64,000 nucleotides of DNA from NCBI GenBank assembly GCA_026391695.1, contig JAPLDP010000069.1:12886-76885 (forward strand), given 5' to 3'. This document shows, piece by piece, positions 1-9,747 of the stretch. Source of the stretch: Bacteroidota bacterium. Lineage in GTDB: Bacteria; Bacteroidota; Bacteroidia; Bacteroidales; JAGONC01. The translations under genes and the position numbers were made by a program. Position 1 is the first letter of the stretch. Every line of letters starts with the position of its first letter. The notes beneath the pieces are model-generated. The model searched no databases, was not told where the DNA came from, and was given only the letters and a program-made list of their open reading frames with translations.

Positions 1-723
1 TGCTCTCCCAATTACCTTCATGATGCCCACATCAGGCTGACCCTTCGAAATGATGCACATGCCATCTGTGAAAAGCCCCTGGTCCTTAATCCCTGGAATG
101 TAGATGCCTTGGATGAGATTGAAAAAGAGACAGGCAAAAAGATTAATGTCATTCTTCAGTTACGTCTCCATCCTGTTATTCAGGAGCTTAAAAAAAAGAT
201 TTCCGAATCCTCGCAAAATAAAATTTATGATATTGACCTCACGTACATAACCAGCAGGGGGCGGTGGTATTTCTATTCATGGAAAGGGGATATCATCAAA
301 TCAGGAGGTGTGGCAACAAATATCGGCGTACATTTTTTTGATGTGTTAACCAGCATCTTCGGGGATGTTGAGCAAAGTACGGTTCATTTTTCTGACCAGA
401 AAACAGTAGCCGGTTTCTTATACCTTAAAAATGCCCGGATCAGGTGGCTTTTAAGCCTTGATTTTGAATTGCTTCCTGACGAAATAAAGGCCAGAGGTCA
501 GCAAACATACCGTTCTTTAACTCTCGATGGAAAAGAGATTGAATTCAGTGAAGGATTTACCGACTTGCATACGGTGAGCTACAAGAAAATTCTGGAGGGT
601 GATGGTTTCACCGTACATGATGCACGGCCAGGTATTCGAATCGCCTATGAAATCCGGAATGCCTTGCCTTCCGGATTAAAAGGCGATTATCACCCATTTC
701 TGCAAAAAATCATGCGGAAGTGA
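1..723 (+). CDS. Gfo/Idh/MocA-family sugar-nucleotide oxidoreductase, WbpB/WlbA-like (5' end outside window)
   Basis: Frame 1 is open from nt 1 (CSPNYLHDAHIRL..AICEKPL) and runs into the 109..723 ORF. It has the EKP motif and a DLTYITSRGxWYxxSWKGDxxKSGGxATNIGVHFFD block, as I remember from WbpB-type UDP-GlcNAcA dehydrogenases. It is clustered with galE and rfbB. Confidence 0.75.
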   Translation, partial: CSPNYLHDAHIRLTLRNDAHAICEKPLVLNPWNVDALDEIEKETGKKINVILQLRLHPVIQELKKKISESSQNKIYDIDLTYITSRGRWYFYSWKGDIIKSGGVATNIGVHFFDVLTSIFGDVEQSTVHFSDQKTVAGFLYLKNARIRWLLSLDFELLPDEIKARGQQTYRSLTLDGKEIEFSEGFTDLHTVSYKKILEGDGFTVHDARPGIRIAYEIRNALPSGLKGDYHPFLQKIMRK

Positions 724-770
724 AAACAGTGTGATGGACTTTGATTAATTTTAGTATTTAATCATTCGGC

Positions 771-1790
771 ATGAAAATTTTGGTCACAGGAGGAACAGGA
801 TATATTGGATCACATACGGTTGTTGAACTCCAGCAGGAAGGCTTCGAAGTGGTGATCATTGATAATCTGAGCAATTCAAAGTTCGAGGTTGTTCAGGCTA
901 TTAAAAAGATTACCGGTATATCACCCGATGTTGAAATTTTCGATCTGACGGATGAAAAAAAAGTTGCAGACTTCTTCAGAAGACATAGTGACCTGACAGG
1001 TATTATTCATTTTGCTGCTTTTAAAAAGGTAGGAGAATCGGTGAAAGAGCCGCTGAAGTATTACCGGAATAATATCGTAGCCTTGTTGAACCTGCTTTAC
1101 GCGATGAAAAAGCACAGCCTGGCATTTTTTGTTTTTTCTTCATCATGTACGGTTTATGGTCAGCCTGATCAGTTGCCGGTAAGTGAGGATACTCCGCTTA
1201 AATCCGCATCCTCGCCTTACGGGAACACAAAAAAGATGTCAGAGGAAATTATTGAAGATACCGTTATGTCCTCTGGAATAAAGGCCATATCCCTGCGTTA
1301 TTTCAACCCGATAGGAGCTCATGAGTCAGCTCTGATCGGTGAAATGCCGCTTGGCGTTCCGGATAATCTTATTCCATATGTGACCCAGACAGCTATTGGA
1401 AAACGCGATCATTTACGGGTCTTTGGCGGAGATTATCCTACTCCGGATGGCACCCCCATCAGGGATTATATTCATATCACGGATCTGGCCAAAGCCCATA
1501 TTGTCGCTCTGCAACGTTTAATACGAGGTAGAAATAAACGGGATTATGAGATCTTTAATCTGGGAACAGGGCGCGGATATTCTGTATTGGAGGTCATCAA
1601 ATCATTTGAAAAGGTGTCGGGTATGAAGTTGCCCTTTGAAATTGTCGATCGAAGACAGGGAGATATGGAACAGGTTTGGGCCGATACCTCATTAGCCAAC
1701 AGGGAACTTGGATGGAAAGCCTTAAAAGATCTTGACGAGATGATCCTTTCAGCATGGGAATGGGAAAAGGCATTAGGCAAAAACAGTTGA
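771..1790 (+). CDS. galE: UDP-glucose 4-epimerase
   Basis: 339 aa. N-terminal GGTGYIGSH Rossmann motif, YGNTK catalytic motif, and full-length resemblance to GalE. Confidence 0.9.
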   Translation: MKILVTGGTGYIGSHTVVELQQEGFEVVIIDNLSNSKFEVVQAIKKITGISPDVEIFDLTDEKKVADFFRRHSDLTGIIHFAAFKKVGESVKEPLKYYRNNIVALLNLLYAMKKHSLAFFVFSSSCTVYGQPDQLPVSEDTPLKSASSPYGNTKKMSEEIIEDTVMSSGIKAISLRYFNPIGAHESALIGEMPLGVPDNLIPYVTQTAIGKRDHLRVFGGDYPTPDGTPIRDYIHITDLAKAHIVALQRLIRGRNKRDYEIFNLGTGRGYSVLEVIKSFEKVSGMKLPFEIVDRRQGDMEQVWADTSLANRELGWKALKDLDEMILSAWEWEKALGKNS

Positions 1791-1852
1791 CAGCCGACAG
1801 TTATCAGGTGTAACATTGATAAAATAATTCATATTTAAACCCCGATAGTATT

Positions 1853-2908
1853 ATGAGAAAGAACATTTTAATTACCGGTGGAGCTGGTTTTATTGGATCG
1901 CATGTTGTCAGGCTTTTTATTAATAAGTATCCTGAATACAGTATAGTTAATCTGGATAAGCTGACATATGCCGGCAACCTGGCAAACTTGAAAGATATTG
2001 AAAATAAGCCGAATTATGAATTCGTGAAAGGAGATATCTCGGATGAAGATTTTGTCGACGGGCTTTTTCATAAAAAAGGATTCGACGGGGTCATTCATCT
2101 GGCAGCCGAATCCCATGTTGACCGTTCCATTGCTCATCCCAAGGATTTTATAATGACTAACATCATTGGGACCCTGGTACTTCTGAATGCCGCCAGGCAC
2201 TCGTGGGGAGAAAATTATTCCGGGAAACGGTTTTATCATATTTCCACTGATGAAGTTTACGGTTCACTTGGTCATGAAGGGTATTTTACTGAAACAACGG
2301 CCTATGATCCCCGCAGTCCATATTCTGCATCAAAGGCAGGTTCTGATCATATTGTGAGAGCTTATTATCATACGTATCATCTTCCTGTTGTCATATCCAA
2401 CTGTTCAAATAATTATGGTTCTTTCCAGTTTCCTGAAAAGCTGATTCCGCTGGTGATCAACAATATCAGGCATAGCAAGCCTCTTCCGGTTTATGGAAAG
2501 GGCGAAAATATCAGGGATTGGTTATATGTTGAAGACCATGCCCGGGCTATAGATCTGATCTTTCACAATGGCCGTGACGGAGAAACATATAATATTGGCG
2601 GAAGTAATGAATGGCAAAATATCCGGTTAGTCAGAAAATTGTGTGAAATCATGGACAATAAATTGAACCGGCCTGCAGGTACATCAGCTAATCTGATCAC
2701 ATTTGTCAAAGACAGGGCTGGTCATGACCAGCGTTATGCCATTGACTCTTCTAAACTGCAAAAGGAACTGCATTGGAGTCCTTCAGTGAAATTTGAGGCA
2801 GGTCTGGAAAAAACAGTAGACTGGTATCTTCAGAATGAAGCGTGGTTAAACAATGTCACATCGGGAGATTACCAGAAATATTATGACGAACAGTATCGGA
2901 AAAGATAA
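1853..2908 (+). CDS. rfbB: dTDP-glucose 4,6-dehydratase
   Basis: 351 aa. GGAGFIGSH motif, STDEVYG, YSASKAGSDH (YxxxK) and HDQRYAID motifs typical of RfbB/RmlB. Confidence 0.9.
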   Translation: MRKNILITGGAGFIGSHVVRLFINKYPEYSIVNLDKLTYAGNLANLKDIENKPNYEFVKGDISDEDFVDGLFHKKGFDGVIHLAAESHVDRSIAHPKDFIMTNIIGTLVLLNAARHSWGENYSGKRFYHISTDEVYGSLGHEGYFTETTAYDPRSPYSASKAGSDHIVRAYYHTYHLPVVISNCSNNYGSFQFPEKLIPLVINNIRHSKPLPVYGKGENIRDWLYVEDHARAIDLIFHNGRDGETYNIGGSNEWQNIRLVRKLCEIMDNKLNRPAGTSANLITFVKDRAGHDQRYAIDSSKLQKELHWSPSVKFEAGLEKTVDWYLQNEAWLNNVTSGDYQKYYDEQYRKR

Positions 2909-2949
2909 TTGTTTCAGGCACCAGCTGAGTGTGTCAGAACAGGTCTTTT

Positions 2950-3840
2950 TTATGCACCTGGTTTAGCGCTATAAGCTTCAATATCCTTTTTTACTTTTTG
3001 GACCAATCCCTGCAATACCGTCCCAGGTCCGACTTCTACAAATGTACGCACACCATCGGCAATCATGTTTTGAACAGTCTGAGTCCAGCGGACAGGAGAA
3101 GTCAGCTGAGAAATGAGGTTGTTTTTAATGAGATCGGGATTGGTTACCGGTTGCGCATTGATATTTTGATAAACAGGACATACAGGTATTTTAAAGATGG
3201 TGCTGTTAATAGCTTTGTCCAGTTCCACTCTGGCCGGTTCCATCAATGGGGAATGAAAAGCGCCGCCGACATTCAGTATGAGGGTTCTTTTGGCTCCGGC
3301 ATTCTTAAGCTTCTCGCAGGCTGTTTCAACCCCTTTGACAGTACCTGATATAACGACCTGTCCGGGACTGTTAAAATTGGCTGCCACGACAATTTCATTT
3401 TTGATGGTTTTAAGGGTATCTTCAACGGCTTTATCATCAAGTCCCAGAATGGCCGCCATTGCAGATGGCTGGATTTCACAGGCTTTTTGCATAGCCTCGG
3501 CCCTTTTGGCCACCAAACGCAGTCCATCTTCAAAACTTAAAGTCTTGTTGGCAACCAGGGCTGAAAATTCGCCAAGAGAGTGTCCTGCCACCATGTCAGG
3601 CTTAAAATCATCACCCAGCATCCGTGTCAGAACGACAGAGTGCAGAAAAATTGCCGGCTGGGTGACTTTTGTCTGTTTCAGATCCTCGTCAGTTCCACTA
3701 AACATCATATCGGTGATGCGAAATCCAAGGATATCATTAGCTCTTTCGAATAATTTCCTGGCTCCCTCATATTTATCAAACAGGTCCTTACCCATACCAA
3801 CATACTGAGAACCCTGTCCCGGAAAAATATAAGCTTTCAT
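2950..3840 (-). CDS. fabD: ACP S-malonyltransferase
   Basis: 296 aa. N-terminal FPGQGSQ motif, GHSLGE active-site serine motif, and length typical of FabD. Confidence 0.92.
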   Translation of the reverse strand: MKAYIFPGQGSQYVGMGKDLFDKYEGARKLFERANDILGFRITDMMFSGTDEDLKQTKVTQPAIFLHSVVLTRMLGDDFKPDMVAGHSLGEFSALVANKTLSFEDGLRLVAKRAEAMQKACEIQPSAMAAILGLDDKAVEDTLKTIKNEIVVAANFNSPGQVVISGTVKGVETACEKLKNAGAKRTLILNVGGAFHSPLMEPARVELDKAINSTIFKIPVCPVYQNINAQPVTNPDLIKNNLISQLTSPVRWTQTVQNMIADGVRTFVEVGPGTVLQGLVQKVKKDIEAYSAKPGA

Positions 3841-3879
3841 AGTGTGATTGTTTAGTGATACTTCAACAGGAGAAAAGAA

Positions 3880-4602
3880 TTACTTGCGGTCTCCCAGAAA
3901 GCGCAACAAAAATAGAAATAAATTAATAAAATCAAGATAAAGCGTCAGGGCTCCCATAATGGTCATCTTACGCGCTGGTTCAGAGCCTGATACAACTACA
4001 TTTCCAAGATTCTTTAATTTTTGTACTTCATAGGCCGTGAGACCGGTAAAAACCAACACTCCTATAAAGCTGATGATGAAATCCAATGTGTTGCTCTTTA
4101 GAAAGATATTAACCAGACTGGCGATGATGATGCCGATCAAACCCATAAACATGATTGAACCGAACCTTGTCAGATCGATTTTTGTCGTATATCCCGCAAT
4201 TGCCATGGTGCCAAACATGGCCGAAGCCACAATAAATGTCTTGAAAATGGAGGCACTGGTATAGAGGAGAAAAACAAAACTCAGGCTCATACCCATGATA
4301 ACGGCATATACCACGAATAATAAAGTCAAGGCTGATACCGATAATTTTTGATAACCAAACGACATAAGTAAAACGAATCCAATAGGTGCAAGCATGACAA
4401 TCCAGCCCAGCGTGGTCAATCCTGTGGTCGTGACAAGATATGAAAGAAGTGATGGATGACTGGCAAAATATAAAGCCGTTACTGCAGTTATTGCCAATGC
4501 CAGGAACATCCAGAGAAATACACCGGAAAGGAATGTCCTGGTAAGAGCAAATCCTTCTGACTTTGATGGTGATATATTAAACGGACGAATTTCGTTCTCC
4601 AT
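3880..4602 (-). CDS. Bax inhibitor-1/YccA family membrane protein
   Basis: 240 aa with about 7 hydrophobic helices and a C-terminal DFINLFLFLLRxxG motif typical of the BI-1/YccA family. Confidence 0.8.
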   Translation of the reverse strand: MENEIRPFNISPSKSEGFALTRTFLSGVFLWMFLALAITAVTALYFASHPSLLSYLVTTTGLTTLGWIVMLAPIGFVLLMSFGYQKLSVSALTLLFVVYAVIMGMSLSFVFLLYTSASIFKTFIVASAMFGTMAIAGYTTKIDLTRFGSIMFMGLIGIIIASLVNIFLKSNTLDFIISFIGVLVFTGLTAYEVQKLKNLGNVVVSGSEPARKMTIMGALTLYLDFINLFLFLLRFLGDRK

Positions 4603-4755
4603 AGTATTCTTTTTTAATTTCGTTTATTAAAAACATTCTGGCCATAAAAAAGTTCAACCTCGTCGGCAAACTTTATGCCATCAGTCATTGTGTCTGGATA
4701 AATGACTTCAGAAATTGGCTATGCTATTAAATGACTGTCGTCTAGCCGGGGATCA

Positions 4756-5409
4756 TCAGTGCAGTTTAGATCCGATGAGGTGGTTAAATTCTGCCCGCGT
4801 CGCCTCATTTTGAAACTGACCTGTAAAATCAGATGTCGTAGTGACAGAATTCTGCTTTTGGATACCGCGCATAGACATGCACATGTGCTGCGCTTCGATG
4901 ACCACAGCAACGCCCAGGGGATGCAGTGTCTTCTCAAGACATTCTTTGATCTGTGTGGTCAGCCTTTCCTGCACCTGAAGACGACGGGCATATGCATCCA
5001 CTACCCGGGGAATCTTACTCAAACCGACAATGACACCATCAGGAATGTAAGCTACATGAGCTTTTCCAAAGAACGGTGCCAAATGATGCTCACAAAGAGA
5101 GTAAATCTCAATGTCCTTAACAATCACAATCTGTTTGTAATCCTCTTTGAATAAGGCCGACCTGATCATTTCTTCCGGATCAAGATCGTATCCATGCGTG
5201 TAAAATTGCATGGCCTTGGCTATACGTTCCGGCGTTTTCAATAAACCCTCACGAGTGGGATCTTCACCAATAAGCTTCAGGATTTCTTTATAATGAAAAC
5301 CGAGTTTTTCTATTATCTCGTAATTGTAAAGATCAAACTTCTCATAACCATCCATGACATTTTCCCGGAGCATCTCTTTTATGTTTTCATTGTTCATATT
5401 ATTAGGCAT
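4756..5409 (-). CDS. folE: GTP cyclohydrolase I
   Basis: 217 aa. CEHHLAPF and HMCMxMRG motifs. Confidence 0.92.
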   Translation of the reverse strand: MPNNMNNENIKEMLRENVMDGYEKFDLYNYEIIEKLGFHYKEILKLIGEDPTREGLLKTPERIAKAMQFYTHGYDLDPEEMIRSALFKEDYKQIVIVKDIEIYSLCEHHLAPFFGKAHVAYIPDGVIVGLSKIPRVVDAYARRLQVQERLTTQIKECLEKTLHPLGVAVVIEAQHMCMSMRGIQKQNSVTTTSDFTGQFQNEATRAEFNHLIGSKLH

Positions 5410-5420
5410 TAAATGAGTAT

Positions 5421-5837
5421 TTATGACATGCCATAGTATTCGACAGAATTGTTTTCGGTTTCTACCAGTTTTATACTGTGCAATGTGGCATTCAGCTTTT
5501 TAATGTGGGGTTCAAGGATATCCCAAATAGCTATTGCCAGGTTCTCCGTCGAAACCAGTTTTCCTTTCATGAAGTCGACTTCAATGTTAAGATTTTTATG
5601 ATCTACAACATCAATGACCTGAATTTTAATAATCTGGCTCAGATCTTTCAGGTTTACCAAAAATCCCGTTTCAGGATCGATTTCTCCCTTCACGGTCACA
5701 AAAAGGGTGTAATTATGTCCATGCCAGTTTGGATTGGAGCATTTCCCGAATACCTCCATATTCTTGTCATCCGGCCAGTCTGGTCTGAATAACCTGTGAG
5801 CAGCATTAAATCCTTCTCGGCGGGTGATATAAATCAT
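5421..5837 (-). CDS. queD: 6-carboxytetrahydropterin synthase (6-pyruvoyl-tetrahydropterin synthase family)
   Basis: 138 aa. [16 protein letters not shown] and TGxxxNLKDL motifs. Adjacent to folE, the usual preQ0-pathway pairing. Confidence 0.85.
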   Translation of the reverse strand: MIYITRREGFNAAHRLFRPDWPDDKNMEVFGKCSNPNWHGHNYTLFVTVKGEIDPETGFLVNLKDLSQIIKIQVIDVVDHKNLNIEVDFMKGKLVSTENLAIAIWDILEPHIKKLNATLHSIKLVETENNSVEYYGMS

Positions 5838-6226
5838 CAGTATCTTGTTTTATTATTATAATGGATAAAAGAATGTACTTCAAAAATCGTATAACAAACG
5901 TACAGAATAAAAAAGGCCATCATAAAAGGTATTTTATCCGTTGGATGCATCAACATGTAGATGACCATAACCAGTATGAAGAATAATAATTTAGTTACAG
6001 TGATGAGCATAATCCTTGAGAAAAATTTACCTGGTTTTTTTTCAGTGGTTTTAATAAGGAAATGGAAGACAATCAGTGTGACAGCCATGAAAAAAGGAAA
6101 TAAAAAAGGCAGGGCACGTGAAACGTATTGCTCTGGTAGAAAGTAACATATCAGATATACAATCACTCCAAGGATTAGTGAAAAAATCATCAGACGTTGC
6201 AAAAAACCGGGAAGGATTGATATCAT
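5837..6226 (-). CDS. Small 4-TM membrane protein of unknown function, the companion ORF that follows atpZ/atpI-like genes
   Basis: 129 aa with four hydrophobic segments. Its ATG overlaps the stop of the upstream AtpZ-like gene (ATGA), and its stop overlaps the queD ATG (TGATG). Confidence 0.5.
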   Translation of the reverse strand: MISILPGFLQRLMIFSLILGVIVYLICYFLPEQYVSRALPFLFPFFMAVTLIVFHFLIKTTEKKPGKFFSRIMLITVTKLLFFILVMVIYMLMHPTDKIPFMMAFFILYVCYTIFEVHSFIHYNNKTRY

Positions 6227-6450
6227 GGGTCATCCTTTTTTATGACGTCTTTTATTGCATAATAAATGGCCAGAACTACAGAACCGAGAGATAAAATAAT
6301 AGTAAAAACAGGAAATCTGATGTTCACCAGGTCATCAAGTTTTACTCCGGCAAATACACCAGCAAGAATGATGAAAAGCATCTGGAATGCAATACTGGAA
6401 TATCTGGCATAATTATCAAGCGATCTTTTCTTTGATTTTTGGTTTTTCAT
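6223..6450 (-). CDS. AtpZ/AtpI family protein
   Basis: 75 aa. A basic N-terminus, then YARYSSIAFQMLFIILAGVFAGVKLD and a second TM helix, which is the pattern I remember for Bacteroidota AtpZ/AtpI-like proteins. Confidence 0.6.
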   Translation of the reverse strand: MKNQKSKKRSLDNYARYSSIAFQMLFIILAGVFAGVKLDDLVNIRFPVFTIILSLGSVVLAIYYAIKDVIKKDDP

Positions 6451-6823
6451 CTTCTGCAGAGATTAGGGGAAGTTTAAACCCTGCATTGTCCATGTTGCAT
6501 GTTCCTGAGAACTTGGCGCCAGGTTCAATGGCTAACTTGTTGGTTGTGATGTCACCGCTAAGCTTTGCTGAGGATTTTAACGACAATAACTCCGTGACTA
6601 CTACATTTGCTTTGACATCACCTGATATATCTGCATTCTGACAGATGATTTCACCTTCTAATTTTCCGGTCACACCGACGATGACTTTTCCCTGGGAGTT
6701 AATGGATCCAACCAGTGATCCGTCAATGCGAAAATCACCCGTGGATTTGATATCTCCCTTTACAGTTGTTCCTGCACCTAATAAATTAATGGAAGGAGTT
6801 TCGGGTATATTTGTTTTAGCCAT
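6416..6823 (-). CDS. Bactofilin family (polymer-forming cytoskeletal) protein
   Basis: 135 aa. Repetitive beta-helix pattern (GxxVKGDIxSxGDFRIDGSLVGSI..GKVIVGxxGKLEGEI.. ISGDVKANV) with a Lys/Glu-rich tail. Confidence 0.85.
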   Translation of the reverse strand: MAKTNIPETPSINLLGAGTTVKGDIKSTGDFRIDGSLVGSINSQGKVIVGVTGKLEGEIICQNADISGDVKANVVVTELLSLKSSAKLSGDITTNKLAIEPGAKFSGTCNMDNAGFKLPLISAEDEKPKIKEKIA

Positions 6824-6887
6824 AATGTTTGATCTTTTATTACTCTGAATGGGTTATGAATGTAAATTGCATAGTATTATCGTATTG

Positions 6888-6895
6888 CAAATATA
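6888..6895 (-). promoter_or_regulatory. TAnnTTTG -7 box candidate upstream of the bactofilin gene
   Basis: The minus strand reads TATATTTG, 65 nt upstream of the ATG at 6823. Confidence 0.4.
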
Positions 6896-6942
6896 AACAA
6901 AATCAAAATAATAGTTTGTTCTTGTGATTTCTCATAGAATCA

Positions 6943-9621
6943 TCATTTTCCGGATAAATAATTTTTATTGAAGAAATCCAGATATTGGTCGGTATTTTTT
7001 ATCTGGTAGAAGGTTTTATAATTATCTCCGGATATGGCAAAGTGTGTATAATCACCTGGTTTGATGTTGGAAAATACATAATCACTAATTGTGATAGCTT
7101 CATAATATGCCATGGCCTTTTCTTTATTGGGGAAATTGCTGACGGTTATCATCTGCCGTTGATTATCCAGCAAAATACTGCTGATGGCGAGGTTCTCCAG
7201 TTTATAATACTTCAGATTAAAATCAGCGATTTTGATCTTCGTGGCATTAGCATTGACTTTGGTACCATCGACGATGAGCAAATAAAAATGGAGAGCCTTG
7301 GGATCAACGATATATGGTGATGGTGCTTGGGTGGTTTCCTGTGGAGCTTTTTCGCCGGAAGCTCCCGTGACAGCAGGAGCCAGCCCTTTGTTCTTGATAT
7401 GTTCAAGGATATTCTGTGCCAGTGGCGTGACCTCATTGTCAGGATATTTTATAACCAGATTCTGTAATCCGAATGCCATCGAATCCACACCGTCGGTTTT
7501 TCCTTTTGACAGTGCTTTCAGGAATTCAAATTTTGGTATGAGGTCAGCATGGTGTGAATAATTGGCGATGGCCTCATCACTATAAATCTGAACCATCCGA
7601 TATTGCTCATTGATGTAGGCCTGATAGGTCTCTTCATACAGCAAATCAGCTTTATTTCTTTGGGCTTGCAGAACTATATTATAGTTGGGATCTTTGATGA
7701 TTTTGGCGTAATCACTATCAGGGTAAGTATTAAGTATGATATTTTTATAATTATCTGCAATCTCCTGATTACCCCGTTCTTCATAAATCTTATACATGTT
7801 ATAATACGATTCCAACAGATGGATATTGTCAGGATATCGATCAATGAGTGTTTGAAACGATTCGAGGGATTTTTTATAATCTTTTAGACCTTCCTTATAA
7901 ATATACCCGAGTTTATAGAGCGCTTCAATGATCATGTCGGTCGAAGCTTTCATCTGATCCTCGGTCATTGGGAGATTTTGCAGATAGGTTTCGCGTTTTT
8001 TTGGATCATTCAGTTTAAGGCTGTCGGCAGCAATGGTGTCATTTTTTGCAACCTCATCGCCGCTTTCGAAAGATGACATGATTTGTCTATTGGTCAAACG
8101 CCACAGATCTTCCAGCTTCCTGTTACCCCATCGTTTTATAAACTCATTATAACCATAGCTCAGCGTTGAGGGATTATAAAAATACCATTGCCCGCCCGAT
8201 AACCGTTCCATATTTTGTTTCAGTGTATAATCTTGTGTGGCATTGCCGATCTGTCTCTGAAGCTGAGCCTCTTCCTCCTGTTTTTTTCGTTCTGATTCAA
8301 CATAATCAGCAATGATCTTGTCGATGAGATCATTTCGTTCCTTTTCCGGCATCCGGGCAATCTTTTGGAGGCTGTCTTGCTCTTTAACAGTCCGGTGGTT
8401 TATGACCAGATCGGTCAATAGGAGTGTTTTATTCTGCAAAAGGTCAAAGTCAGGAAAATCCTTAGGCAGAACCATCATGGCACTGTCATAATAGGTCTGG
8501 GCATTTTCATAGTCCGGATATGAGAAATACAGATCAGCCAGGGTAAGAGCAGAGATAGCTTTCTGGTAGTTATTTGATAAACTCTTACTTACGGATAGTT
8601 TTAAATATTTTACAGCCGAGGTGTCATCCTTTTCCCGAAGAGCCACTTCTGCCAGTGCAAAATAGATCTGGTCAAGGTAATCTTTATTCTTAATATCCTT
8701 GATCATTTTTTCGAGTTCCTTTGTAATAATCTTTCGGCTGCCGGATGTGACATCATATGATTTGGCCATATTTATTTTGGCATTAAAGGCCATTTCATAG
8801 GGCGGGTTACGTCTTACAACCTGCGTAAAGTAATCAAAAGCTGCTTCCAGGTCTTTCTTACGCTGATAAAGCTGACCCAGAATAAAATAGATCCTTGTCA
8901 CCAGGTATTTATTTGTATTAATTTCTGCACCCCGTTCAAGGTAAGTGATAGCCTGGTCATATTTAGCCTGTTTAATATATAGATCAGCATAAACCAAAGG
9001 AAGCATTTGAATTACATCCCGTGGTACGGCTTCTTTGTCGATTTTGCTTTGAACCAGATCAAGGAGCGATTGGGCCTTATCCCACTCTCCCTGCTGATTA
9101 TAGGTGTTGGCTAGCCATACCATGGCACTGTATGAAAGGGGTTCATTGCTATAGCGCTTGATGATAAAGTCAAACGTCCTTCTGGCCAATGAGTATTCGT
9201 GCTTGTAAAAATAGGCCTTGCCAATCAGCAGATAGCTGTCATCAATCCAACGGACATACTCGGTATTATTAAAATACATCGAATGTCGCTGAATGACGAT
9301 GGAGGCTTTCTCAATAGCCCTGTCCATGTATGGATTGATGGCTGAAGCATTGGCTGATGTACCATAATTAAAAACCGGCAGGATCTGGGTGTAGTTATCC
9401 TGAAGGGCCTTGAAAAGTTCAATTTCTCCCTCTTTAAAACTTTCATTGCCGTTCCAGTAAGCATTGTAATGTGCAGTGAGGTTATGATATAACCTTCGGG
9501 TAAATGTGTTTTTCTTGGTGGAACATGACCATAACAGGCTAACCAACAGGAAAGCCAGGAGTGCTGAATATTTTATCGGATATGATGTGCGGATACTCAA
9601 GAGATTTGATGATATTTTCAC
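6943..9621 (-). CDS. TPR-repeat lipoprotein, PorW/SprE-like T9SS component
   Basis: A GTG at 9621 gives M-KISSNLLSIRTSYPIKYSALLAFLLVSLLWSC, a lipoprotein signal plus lipobox. This is followed by STKKNTFTRRLYHNLTAHYNAYWNG, which matches my memory of SprE/PorW N-termini. The rest has multiple TPR-like repeats and totals about 892 aa. The ORF-track ATG at 9804 would overlap the divergent M23 gene and sits upstream of a TATTTTTG box. The CDS itself is solid; the PorW assignment is moderate. Confidence 0.6.
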   Translation of the reverse strand: MKISSNLLSIRTSYPIKYSALLAFLLVSLLWSCSTKKNTFTRRLYHNLTAHYNAYWNGNESFKEGEIELFKALQDNYTQILPVFNYGTSANASAINPYMDRAIEKASIVIQRHSMYFNNTEYVRWIDDSYLLIGKAYFYKHEYSLARRTFDFIIKRYSNEPLSYSAMVWLANTYNQQGEWDKAQSLLDLVQSKIDKEAVPRDVIQMLPLVYADLYIKQAKYDQAITYLERGAEINTNKYLVTRIYFILGQLYQRKKDLEAAFDYFTQVVRRNPPYEMAFNAKINMAKSYDVTSGSRKIITKELEKMIKDIKNKDYLDQIYFALAEVALREKDDTSAVKYLKLSVSKSLSNNYQKAISALTLADLYFSYPDYENAQTYYDSAMMVLPKDFPDFDLLQNKTLLLTDLVINHRTVKEQDSLQKIARMPEKERNDLIDKIIADYVESERKKQEEEAQLQRQIGNATQDYTLKQNMERLSGGQWYFYNPSTLSYGYNEFIKRWGNRKLEDLWRLTNRQIMSSFESGDEVAKNDTIAADSLKLNDPKKRETYLQNLPMTEDQMKASTDMIIEALYKLGYIYKEGLKDYKKSLESFQTLIDRYPDNIHLLESYYNMYKIYEERGNQEIADNYKNIILNTYPDSDYAKIIKDPNYNIVLQAQRNKADLLYEETYQAYINEQYRMVQIYSDEAIANYSHHADLIPKFEFLKALSKGKTDGVDSMAFGLQNLVIKYPDNEVTPLAQNILEHIKNKGLAPAVTGASGEKAPQETTQAPSPYIVDPKALHFYLLIVDGTKVNANATKIKIADFNLKYYKLENLAISSILLDNQRQMITVSNFPNKEKAMAYYEAITISDYVFSNIKPGDYTHFAISGDNYKTFYQIKNTDQYLDFFNKNYLSGK

Positions 9622-9670
9622 TGATAGGAATATATCTGAACGTTGCGTTATCGTTATAACTATAAAAGTG

Positions 9671-9678
9671 CAAAAATA
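9671..9678 (-). promoter_or_regulatory. TAnnTTTG -7 box candidate upstream of the PorW/SprE-like gene
   Basis: The minus strand reads TATTTTTG, 50 nt upstream of the proposed GTG start at 9621. Confidence 0.4.
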
Positions 9679-9747
9679 TTTTATTTTTATGAAACTACCC
9701 AAAATTGCGATATTTGCAGAAATTTTCGTTGGTATAAATAAATACTG

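Noticed and set aside
2929-3348. A 139-aa plus-strand ORF downstream of rfbB.
   Set aside because: It lies almost wholly antisense to fabD and its product has no recognisable features.
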